26,839 nucleotides of DNA from Kofleriaceae bacterium. GTDB taxonomy: Bacteria; Myxococcota_A; Polyangia; Haliangiales; Haliangiaceae. The notes under the pieces were generated by a model. That model searched no databases. It had not been told where the DNA came from and worked only from the letters and a program-made list of their open reading frames with translations. The DNA is taken from contig CBDCCZ010000051.1 in NCBI GenBank assembly GCA_965215005.1, forward strand, positions 1 through 26,839. The letters run 5' to 3'. This document shows, piece by piece, positions 9,433 to 16,974 of this stretch (position 1 is the first letter of the stretch; each line of letters starts with the position of its first letter). A program made the translations under genes and the position numbers.

Positions 9433-11070
9433 GTGAGGCCCCAGACACGACTCCTCTGCGCAGTTGCCTTGTTGACGTCATGCGGGCAAGTCGCCGCCGC
9501 CCCCGACGACGCTGCACCCCCGGGCGACGGCGGGATGCTGGACGCGGACCTAACGAGGCCCCAGCCGCTGCAGGTGACGGTGACGGGCGATGGCATCGTG
9601 ACGTCTGAGCCGCGCGGCATCGACTGCGGCGTCCGGTGCGAGGCTGACTTCGAGCCCGCGTCGGTGGTGATGTTGACGGCGGTGGCCGAGGTGGGTTCGG
9701 CTTTCTCCGGCTGGTCAGGAGCCTGCTCGGGGACCGGTGACTGCCTCGTTACCATGGACGGCGCTAAGGACGTGAGCGCTGAGTTCGCTCCGCACGGAGC
9801 GCGCCGCTGGGTTTCTCACCTCGGTTTCGAGGGGCAAGACGGAGTCGATCGCGTTGCGGTCGATCGCAACGGGGATGTCATCGTTCTAGCGCTCGTCCAG
9901 GTGGGCGATGCAGCTGGATTCGACCTCAATGTCGTCAAGTACTCCGGTAACGACGGCCAGGTGCTTTGGTCGGAGGTCATCGCAACGACCTCCGGCGAGT
10001 ATACGGGCGGCCTCGCCGTCGATGAAGCTGGCAACGTATACGTGGGTGGAACCATCTATGGCAGCAACGTTCCGACCATGATCGGCGGCACCACCGTCAC
10101 ACCGGATCTGTTCGGAAATATCGTGGTGATTCGGCTCGCAGCCTCGTCGGGGGACGTCGAGTGGGTGCAGCAATGGGGAGGCGCGGGGCAGGACCGCCCT
10201 AGCGCCCTTGCGATCGCTGGCGAGGAGCTGCTCGTCGTCGGCGAGTCGTCGAGCACCGCGACGGCATTCGGCAGCTTTATGCTGTCGATGAGCAGCGGTG
10301 ATGCGTTCATCGTGCGGGCGCGGACGAGCGATGGCCTGGTCCTGCAGGCGCGCTCCATCGCGGGCAATCTCGAGCTGCGGGATGTCGCTACGGCGGGCGG
10401 ACGCCTGCTTCTGGTCGGCAACTTCCGAGCACCGATTGCCTTTGATGGATGCAGCCTCACGCCTACGGCAAGTGCTTCCCCCGACGGCATGGTGCTCGAG
10501 CTGTCGAGCTCGACCCTGGCGTGTCGCTGGGCAAGATCTTTCGGCGATGCCACCGGTAACGATAGCGCTTCGGCGGCTGCGGCGTTTCCCGGCGGTGGCT
10601 GGGTGGTCACCGGCAGCTTTCAAGGCAGCGTCATGTTCGCAAGCAGCGGCTCACCGCTGGTTTCCCGGGGCGGTTTCGATGTGTTTGCAGTGCGCTACGA
10701 GGCCGATGGCAGTCACGTCTGGTCGTTTCGCTATGGCGACACCGGCTTCGACATCGGGACGGGGGTGGCGGTAACGGCTGACGGGGCCACGATCCTCGCG
10801 GGTAACTTCGAAACCACGATTCAGCTAGGAGCGACAAAGCTGAGCGGCGCACGCGATGTGTACCTGACGCGATTGTCGGCTGACCGAGCACCGGCGCACG
10901 AGTGGGCGGTCGGCCTCGGCGGGCAGGAGAGCGACCTGGCGACGACGGTGGCAGTCGACGCCCTCGGCACTCCCACCGTCGCGGCGAGCTTCACCGGCAT
11001 GACCGTGGTCGCCGGAACACCGCTCACGGCACAGAGCTACGATGTCTGGATCGCGAGTCTGGTGCGGTAG
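9433..11070 (+). CDS. Lipoprotein with a divergent InlB B-repeat-like domain and an SBBP-like beta-propeller
   Basis: Lipobox LLTS|C. VTVTGDGIVTSEPRGIDCG..LTA..GSAFSGWSGACSG..C.VTM....V.AEF is B-repeat-like. Propeller blades AVDRNGDV, AVDEAGNVYVGG, W..xxG, GVAVTADG and AVDALG. Confidence 0.8.
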   Translation: MRPQTRLLCAVALLTSCGQVAAAPDDAAPPGDGGMLDADLTRPQPLQVTVTGDGIVTSEPRGIDCGVRCEADFEPASVVMLTAVAEVGSAFSGWSGACSGTGDCLVTMDGAKDVSAEFAPHGARRWVSHLGFEGQDGVDRVAVDRNGDVIVLALVQVGDAAGFDLNVVKYSGNDGQVLWSEVIATTSGEYTGGLAVDEAGNVYVGGTIYGSNVPTMIGGTTVTPDLFGNIVVIRLAASSGDVEWVQQWGGAGQDRPSALAIAGEELLVVGESSSTATAFGSFMLSMSSGDAFIVRARTSDGLVLQARSIAGNLELRDVATAGGRLLLVGNFRAPIAFDGCSLTPTASASPDGMVLELSSSTLACRWARSFGDATGNDSASAAAAFPGGGWVVTGSFQGSVMFASSGSPLVSRGGFDVFAVRYEADGSHVWSFRYGDTGFDIGTGVAVTADGATILAGNFETTIQLGATKLSGARDVYLTRLSADRAPAHEWAVGLGGQESDLATTVAVDALGTPTVAASFTGMTVVAGTPLTAQSYDVWIASLVR

Positions 11071-11107
11071 TCATCGGCCGCCGAGCGCTTTGGCATCACT
11101 TGGCCGC

Positions 11108-11181
11108 TGCTCACGACATGCAGCGGCCGGTTATGGGATTGCCGCGCAGGCGGTACCACGGCTGTCCCGGAAACGGCGGGA
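11108..11181. repeat. Direct repeat copy 1 (74 bp, 69/74 identical to 12397-12470): orphan copy of the 3' end of the 12400..13911 gene
   Basis: Hand alignment with offset 1289. Mismatches at 11116, 11132, 11134, 11143 and 11146; the last 35 bp are identical. Confidence 0.95.
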
Positions 11182-11296
11182 GGCCGCCTCGAGGATCTGG
11201 GTTCGGAGGCTGCCCAGATGGCGAGGCGCGAAGAGGGCGCAGGGTGGGCTTATCATCGATACAGACTAGAAGCCTCTGTCGGTGTAGCTTTTGGCG

Positions 11297-12310
11297 ATGC
11301 AAAGCACGGCTTACGAGGGCGCGGAGCTCGAGGTTCACCGGAACCGGGGGGCGTTTTACGCAATATGGGTTGGAGCATCGGTTCTAATCGGCGCCTGTGG
11401 CGGCGATGGACCCGGTGCAGCGGGAGACGCTGCCGTTGCAGACGCGGCACCAACTGGGCAAGAAGCGGCAGACGCGGCACCAACTGGGCAAGAAGCGGCA
11501 GATGCGGCGCCCGGCGATTGGCAGGAGCTGATCGGTCGCGAATGGAGCCTCCCCTCGGCCAGCGAGGTGTACCGCTGCGTCCGCACGACGCTGCAAGAGG
11601 ATGTCTACATCGCTGGCTTTCGGTCGCTGTCGCCGCCAGGCACCCACCACACGGTGCTTTCTGTCACTGAGGCACCGAGCGCGCCGGATGGCTCCTATGA
11701 CTGCACTGCGGAAGACCTCGATCACGCGATGCTGTTCGCCTCCGGGGTTGGCACCGGGGACCTCGCGTTCCCTGCCGGCGTGGCGGTAAAGGTCAAGGCA
11801 GGCCAGCAGCTCGCCCTGAACCTACATCTCTACAATGCCAGCGATGATTCGCTGATGGGTCGCTCCGGGACGATGGTGCGGGTCTTGGCCGCGAGTGAAG
11901 TAGAGCAAGAGGCGGAGGTGGTCTTCGGAGGCACGTTCGAGTTCGAGTTGGAGCCGTATATGAGGGGCGAAGCTTCCGGCAGCTGTAGGTTTGCCGAAGA
12001 CGCTACCGTGGTCGCCTTGTGGCCGCATATGCATCAGCTGGGTCGGCACATGACGATCTCGCACCTTCGGAGTGATGGCGAGGTGACGCTGCTCGACCGC
12101 GATTATGACTTCAACGAGCAGGTCAACTACGTGATCGATCCGGTCGAAATCAAGGCCGGTGAGGGGCTCAAGGTGGAGTGTACCTACCAGAACTACACGG
12201 GCAGGACCGTGATATTTGGCGACAGCTCGAACGACGAGATGTGTTTCGCCGGGATCTACCGGTATCCAGCCACGGGTGCTGGTCTCTTCGACTGCGTCGA
12301 AGGCGGCTGA
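11297..12310 (+). CDS. Lipoprotein, copper type II ascorbate-dependent monooxygenase (PHM/DBH)-like
   Basis: Lipobox LIGA|C. CuH-type ligands GTHH and LNLHLYN; CuM-type ligands WPHMHQLG and SSNDEMC. Also Y-C-V and ECTY motifs. Confidence 0.8.
   Translation: MQSTAYEGAELEVHRNRGAFYAIWVGASVLIGACGGDGPGAAGDAAVADAAPTGQEAADAAPTGQEAADAAPGDWQELIGREWSLPSASEVYRCVRTTLQEDVYIAGFRSLSPPGTHHTVLSVTEAPSAPDGSYDCTAEDLDHAMLFASGVGTGDLAFPAGVAVKVKAGQQLALNLHLYNASDDSLMGRSGTMVRVLAASEVEQEAEVVFGGTFEFELEPYMRGEASGSCRFAEDATVVALWPHMHQLGRHMTISHLRSDGEVTLLDRDYDFNEQVNYVIDPVEIKAGEGLKVECTYQNYTGRTVIFGDSSNDEMCFAGIYRYPATGAGLFDCVEGG
11438..11511 (+). repeat. 30-bp coding tandem repeat, 2 perfect copies plus a partial one, encoding ADAAPTGQEA
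   Basis: GCAGACGCGGCACCAACTGGGCAAGAAGCG at 11438 and 11468, with a degenerate third start at 11498. Confidence 0.95.
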
Positions 12311-12396
12311 CCCCGGAAGGTATCTCGCGCGCGTCGGCCGCCGAGCTCGGGATGGGGAGCGGTGGCCTACTCAGACCGCGGAGGCGACGGCTCCGG

Positions 12397-12470
12397 TGCT
12401 CACGGCATGCAGCGGCCGGTGACGGGATTGCAGCTCAGGCGGTACCACGGCTGTCCCGGAAACGGCGGGA
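12397..12470. repeat. Direct repeat copy 2: the last codons and stop of the Cys-rich lipoprotein gene
   Basis: Encodes PPFPGQPWYRLSCNPVTGRCMP*; copy 1 encodes PPFPGQPWYRLRGNPITGRCMS*. Confidence 0.95.
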
Positions 12471-13911
12471 TGCTGAGGAGCGCCGGGCAATGTTCGTCGC
12501 GGTCGCAGCGGGCCACGCAGATGTTTTCGTCTAGGTAGGTGGTGCAGACGAAGCTCTCGCCGAGAACGGCGCACTCGTCATCGGTCTGGCATTGCGGCGT
12601 GCACAGCGACCGCTCATCGGCATCGGCGGCGAAAAAGAAGCTCGAGCACGCGCCGCTGGCGCAGTCGGAGCGTGAGTCGCAGCGCTCGCCATCGCGCGAG
12701 CTGCCTCGGCCGTCGAGGGAGACGCAGGCGCCGGCGCTGCACTGGCCCCGGAAGAGCTGATTGCGATGTTCGGCGGCGCAGTCGGCGGCGGTGGTGCAGA
12801 GCGCGACGCCATCGCGCCGAACGGCGACCTGGTAGCGCACGACCTCGGTGCTGGTTCGCCGCGAGAATTGGTTGACGGAGAGGTAATAACTGCCTGGCGC
12901 GAGGTAGGTGAGACGAATGGTCTCCGGCGACTCGTGGAGCGATAGTCCGTAGGTCTCGCCGTTGGCGTCGTAGACGGCGAGGTCGAGGTCGGTGTCGGTG
13001 TCCCAGCCCAGACCGATGGTAAATGCCTCTCCCGCCGTGGCGACCTCGAAACGAAAGAAGTCGAGCTCACTGGCGGGAGCATTGCAAATGCTGCCATTGA
13101 CGAACGTGATGTTGCTGGCGCCTGGCGTTACATCGGTCGCGCCCGCGGGGCCATCGTCGCCGCCCTCGGCGGGACCATCGCCGACGCATTGGTCGGGTCC
13201 GGTTTCGCAGCTGTTGGCGTTGGAGCACACCGGCCGCGTTGCCGAAGGACAGTCGAAGCTGGTGTCGCACTCGACACAGCGGTAGCCAACGCAGTACGGA
13301 GTGCGGCCGCCGCACGCGGCATCGTCTTGGCATTCGGTCGGGTAGACTTCCACCGCGAACGCACCGTTGGCAGGGGCATCGGCTTGATAATGGTCGACGA
13401 CCACGAACGCTCGACCGCTCGGCGGTCCGGCGAAGACGCCGAGCTCGCTGCCGCCGGTCGAGCTGTCGACGAACAGCAAGCACTCGCCACCGCTGGGCCC
13501 GGGAGCAGCCGAGCAGCCGGTGGCGATGTAGAAGGCAAGGTCGCTTTGCGACGACACCCGCACGCCGTACATGCGACCGGGCTCGAGCTCACTGAGACTC
13601 ACGACTTGATCGGGACCCGGCGCCTGCGCGCCGAACGGAACGGAGGTCATCGCGCACTGTTGCGGGTCGACGTTGAGGTCGGCGCCAGCGCCGCCGAGGT
13701 CGCCGCTGGTCATCGCCGGGTAGGACCGCAGCTCCGCCACCGGGTCGGCAAACTCTCGGCATGCGGGATCCCCCGGCTCGCCTGCCCCGGCGTCGGCGAC
13801 GCTGCTTGTGCCGCCGTCGTCCGCCGCGGGCTCATCGCCACTGCAGGCACTCAAGAGCGCCAGCAGCACGCCGCAGCTAGCGACGCTATGGAGTCTTCGA
13901 CCGGAGCCCAT
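12400..13911 (-). CDS. Cys-rich lipoprotein with PPC (pre-peptidase C-terminal)-like beta-sandwich domain(s)
   Basis: Lipobox LLSA|C. Repeats of type ECQDDAAC..PYC..CVECDTSFDC and CDSRSDC..CQTDDEC. DFFRFEV..TIGLGWDTDTDLDLAVYDANG..PETIRLTYLAPGSYYLSV is PPC-like. Confidence 0.8.
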   Translation of the reverse strand: MGSGRRLHSVASCGVLLALLSACSGDEPAADDGGTSSVADAGAGEPGDPACREFADPVAELRSYPAMTSGDLGGAGADLNVDPQQCAMTSVPFGAQAPGPDQVVSLSELEPGRMYGVRVSSQSDLAFYIATGCSAAPGPSGGECLLFVDSSTGGSELGVFAGPPSGRAFVVVDHYQADAPANGAFAVEVYPTECQDDAACGGRTPYCVGYRCVECDTSFDCPSATRPVCSNANSCETGPDQCVGDGPAEGGDDGPAGATDVTPGASNITFVNGSICNAPASELDFFRFEVATAGEAFTIGLGWDTDTDLDLAVYDANGETYGLSLHESPETIRLTYLAPGSYYLSVNQFSRRTSTEVVRYQVAVRRDGVALCTTAADCAAEHRNQLFRGQCSAGACVSLDGRGSSRDGERCDSRSDCASGACSSFFFAADADERSLCTPQCQTDDECAVLGESFVCTTYLDENICVARCDRDEHCPALLSIPPFPGQPWYRLSCNPVTGRCMP

Positions 13912-14072
13912 CGGGGGTTGCGATCAGAATACTTGCTGTCACGGATTTTCTGCCCACGGCAGCGTTAACTTGCACTGGCTCGTTGCGGTGGCGGATGCGC
14001 TAATCGCATCGCAGCGGCCTGCCAGGCTCGGTGCGCGCTGGTGCGCGGGGAGACGCCGAAGGGGGCGCGTGA

Positions 14073-15113
14073 TTAGCCGCGGCGGTTCCGACGCCGGCGC
14101 CGATCGAACTTGGCATCGACGAGCGAGACATAGTCGAGCGTGGGTGAGGCGGCTGGCCACTGCTGCGCCGGCGCGTCGCCGAGCTGCCGGACCCGGTCTG
14201 CGAACGCTACCGAGATCTGCTCGAAAGGGGGCAAGTCGACGTATTCAGCAAGGGCGCCAGAGGCCGCCGCTTCGGCAGTCTCCTCGGCTAGATGGCGGGC
14301 GATTTCGACGCTCATGCGACCGCGCCGGATTAGATCCTGCACCGAGTTGGCCAAGGTCGATAGGTCATATTCTTTCGAGTCGAGCATCTCGGAGGCGACG
14401 AACAGCACCTGCCGGGCGGTCAAGATGCCATCGCCGTAGAGGATCAGCGCCGCTTGAAAGTAGTTGAAGATGGGCACGAGCCGGGCGCCATAGCGCTCGA
14501 AGCCCGCGGTCGGCGAGCGCTTGTCGAGGTGGATCAGCACCCGGCGCACGCAGTCGCCGTGGGCGACGCGCCGCGCCGCGTCTACGCAGCGCTCGATCTC
14601 ATCGTCGTAGGCGCGCGCAGCCTGAAGAATGCGCACAAGTTCGTCGGTTTCGATGTTGCCGCACGACAGGTCGGCATAGAGGCTGTAGATGATCGCGTCG
14701 GCCTCGGCGTCATCACCGAACAGGGTCTCGGGCGGTCCACCGATGAGATCAGCGCGACTCTCCAGCAGCACCGGCAGCTTGTACGGCACCTGCGAGCGCA
14801 GGGAACGAAACCGCGCGCGGACGAGGTTGCGCAGGTTGTTCTTCAGCACGAACTCGTCGTATTCGACGCCGTCGAGCTTGAGCTTGGCGGCTAGCACCTT
14901 GCGCATCTGGGTGGGGCTTCCGCTCACGATGCAGATGCGGTGGCCCGGCGTCTGGCGCAGCGAGCGCAGCAGCGCGGTAGCTCCTGGATACGCTTGTTTG
15001 TCCCGTGCTTCTTCCAGCGCCGACTTGACCAAGTCGCGAAAGCTATCGAACTCGGTGCGTAGGTAGGTCTTGTCTAGGTCCCAGCGGAATACGTGGACGA
15101 GCTTCTCGGGCAT
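14073..15113 (-). CDS. HAD-superfamily phosphatase, App1 (phosphatidate phosphatase catalytic domain / DUF2183)-like
   Basis: Motif I WDLDKT (DxDxT), YPGATALL, motif II IVSGSP, motif III YK and motif IV LFGDDAEADAIIY. Starts 12 bp after the plsX stop. Confidence 0.75.
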   Translation of the reverse strand: MPEKLVHVFRWDLDKTYLRTEFDSFRDLVKSALEEARDKQAYPGATALLRSLRQTPGHRICIVSGSPTQMRKVLAAKLKLDGVEYDEFVLKNNLRNLVRARFRSLRSQVPYKLPVLLESRADLIGGPPETLFGDDAEADAIIYSLYADLSCGNIETDELVRILQAARAYDDEIERCVDAARRVAHGDCVRRVLIHLDKRSPTAGFERYGARLVPIFNYFQAALILYGDGILTARQVLFVASEMLDSKEYDLSTLANSVQDLIRRGRMSVEIARHLAEETAEAAASGALAEYVDLPPFEQISVAFADRVRQLGDAPAQQWPAASPTLDYVSLVDAKFDRRRRRNRRG

Positions 15114-15125
15114 GAGGGGCCGCGG

Positions 15126-16172
15126 CTACAGGGCGCTAGCCAGCTTGCGGCTCTCGAAGCTGGTGAGCCCTTGACGGATGTGCCCGCAGACGTCATTGCG
15201 GAGCGCTTTGGACGCCACCCGAATGGCATTGTTAACGGCGTGGGCACCGGAGCGGCCATGCGCCTTGATGAACAAGTGCTCAAAGCCCAGGAGCGGCGCG
15301 CCGCCATACTGCTCCCAATCGGTGAGCTGTTTGAGTCGCTCGATGCCGCTCGACAGCATCGCTAGCGCCACCCGCCACAGGAGCTTTTCTTTGTACGCGT
15401 AGCGCGCCAGCCGCAGCACGGTATCGGACACGCCCTCGAGCATCTTGATCACGACGTTGCCGACAAATCCCCCGCACACCACCACGTCGGCGACGCCGCG
15501 GGGGATATCGAGGCCCTCGATGTTGCCGATGAAGTTGAGCTCGGTGTGGCTCATCAGGAGCTCGTGGGCGCCGACCACCGCGTGCGGTCCCTTGATCGCT
15601 TCGGTGCCGTTGGAGAGCAACGCGACCCGCGGGCGAGGGTTGGCGGAGATGACGCGCGAGTACGCCGCGCCCATCAACGCGAAGGTCACGAGATCGTCGG
15701 CGGTGGCTTCGAGAGTGGCGCCGACATCGAGGATGAGGGAGAACGGATCGTTGTTCTCGCCGCGGCGGAGCTCCGTTGGGTACACCGTGCCGAGCGCGGC
15801 GCGCCGAACGCCTTCCATCAGGGGCCACCGACGGGCGCACGCCAGGACCGATGCGCCGGTGTTGCCGGCGGAGACGAGCGCGTCGCCTTCGCCTCGCGCC
15901 ACCATCTCAGCGGCGACGAGAATGGAGGCATTGGGCTTGGCCGCCAGCGCTTCGGCTGGTTTTTCGTCCATGAGCACGAACGCCGGGGTGTGGTGCACGC
16001 GAACCCGGGCGCCATCGTGGCGACAGCGCGGCAAGATCCGGCCGATGGCAGCGCCGTCGCCGACCAGGATGATCTCGACATCGCGAGCCGCGCACGAGGC
16101 CTCGGCGGCACCCCGAACGATTTCATCGGGGGCGTTATCGCCGCCCATTGCGTCGACTACGATCCGCTGCAT
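15126..16172 (-). CDS. plsX: Phosphate acyltransferase PlsX
   Basis: MQRIVVDAMGGDNAP, ALVSAGNTGA, LDVGA, VALLSNGTEAIKG, NFIGNIEG, GFVGNVVIKMLEG, YGGAPLLG and KAHGRS. Start at ATG 16172, not the ORF-track start at 16811. Confidence 0.95.
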   Translation of the reverse strand: MQRIVVDAMGGDNAPDEIVRGAAEASCAARDVEIILVGDGAAIGRILPRCRHDGARVRVHHTPAFVLMDEKPAEALAAKPNASILVAAEMVARGEGDALVSAGNTGASVLACARRWPLMEGVRRAALGTVYPTELRRGENNDPFSLILDVGATLEATADDLVTFALMGAAYSRVISANPRPRVALLSNGTEAIKGPHAVVGAHELLMSHTELNFIGNIEGLDIPRGVADVVVCGGFVGNVVIKMLEGVSDTVLRLARYAYKEKLLWRVALAMLSSGIERLKQLTDWEQYGGAPLLGFEHLFIKAHGRSGAHAVNNAIRVASKALRNDVCGHIRQGLTSFESRKLASAL

Positions 16173-16246
16173 TTTCGCGGATACTGACACGCGCACCCCG
16201 CGGCGCGCAATCGTGCATCCGGCGGCTAAGCAAGCCTCGACTCGAC

Positions 16247-16795
16247 TCAGGCGGCTGCATCGAACCGCTCGCGAAGGTGCTCGCGCACCGCCCGCCGCGC
16301 CCGATGCGCGCGCGTTTTGACGGTAGCCAGAGTGAGGTCGAGCCGCGCGGCGATCTCGCTCTCGGTGTAGCCTTCGAGATAGCGCAGCCAAAAAATGTCG
16401 CGATACTTGTCGCCGAGCGCGGCGAGGCGATGCTCGATGAGGCGCACCGCTTCCCCGTTTGCCGTGGTGGTGTCGGGCCCGTTGGCCGGGGCTCTGCAGC
16501 GATCGAAAAAGCTTTGGTCCTCGCCCGGTGCGCTGGTCATCAAACGCTCGCGACTGCGGCGGCGACGCTTGCGCAGGTGCATGAGCGCGGTCGTGGCGGC
16601 GATGCGATACAGCCAGGTAGAGAACTGCGAGTCGCCGCGGAAGGACGTGCGGTAGCGGTGAGCCAGGAGCAACGCATCTTGCGCGACGTCGGCGGCGGCA
16701 TCCTCGTCTTTCATGTACTTCATGGCGACGGCGAGGACATAGCGGCGCTCGGCGTCGCCGAGGTCGGGGGAGAGCGGGGCGTGGGGCTTCTGCAT
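16247..16795 (-). CDS. ECF-family sigma-70 factor
   Basis: Region 2 DAAADVAQDALL..SFRGDSQFSTWLYRIA; region 4 LRYLEGYTESEIAARLDLTLATVKTRAHRAR. AGGAG RBS upstream. Confidence 0.92.
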   Translation of the reverse strand: MQKPHAPLSPDLGDAERRYVLAVAMKYMKDEDAAADVAQDALLLAHRYRTSFRGDSQFSTWLYRIAATTALMHLRKRRRRSRERLMTSAPGEDQSFFDRCRAPANGPDTTTANGEAVRLIEHRLAALGDKYRDIFWLRYLEGYTESEIAARLDLTLATVKTRAHRARRAVREHLRERFDAAA

Positions 16796-16837
16796 GGCTG
16801 GCTCCTGTCAAGCGAGAGGGTGATGCAGGAGCAGCAG

Positions 16838-16853
16838 CGCAAGGGCTATTCCA
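16838..16853 (-). promoter_or_regulatory. Sigma-54 -24/-12 promoter for the ECF sigma gene
   Basis: Minus strand reads TGGAATAGCCCTTGCG (GG-N10-GC with TTGC). Predicted start is about 16827, some 32 nt before the ATG and upstream of the RBS. Confidence 0.65.
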
Positions 16854-16905
16854 CCAGTAGGAGGCAATGATCTCGGGCGGTTAGATGCCCGCGCTCGCCG
16901 CCATA

Positions 16906-16942
16906 TGTCCACCGCGGTAGACAATGTCTAGACTGTTAGACG
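16906..16942. promoter_or_regulatory. Tandem palindromes, candidate enhancer (UAS) for the adjacent NtrC-type activator
   Basis: TGTCCA-CCGCGG-TAGACA (16906-16923) and TGTCTA-GACTGT-TAGACG (16925-16942). Their centres are about -88 and -107 from the predicted sigma-54 start. Confidence 0.65.
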
Positions 16943-16974
16943 TTGGCGACCTCGAGCCGCCGCAGAGCATCTCA

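Noticed and set aside
11111..11338. 75-aa minus-strand ORF as an independent gene
   Set aside because: Only its last ~22 codons are protein-like, and they are the duplicated 3' end of the 12400..13911 gene. Its start overlaps the monooxygenase gene on the other strand.
11108..12470. Diversity-generating retroelement (template repeat/variable repeat pair at a gene's 3' end)
   Set aside because: The mismatches are not adenine-specific: on the coding strand only 2 of 5 are A in the orphan copy. There is also no reverse transcriptase or avd gene in the window.
15126..16811. 561-aa PlsX with a long N-terminal extension, or a sigma-PlsX fusion
   Set aside because: The extension is an Arg/Pro-rich alternative frame of the ECF gene. 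PlsX homology begins at MQRIVVDAMGGD (16172).
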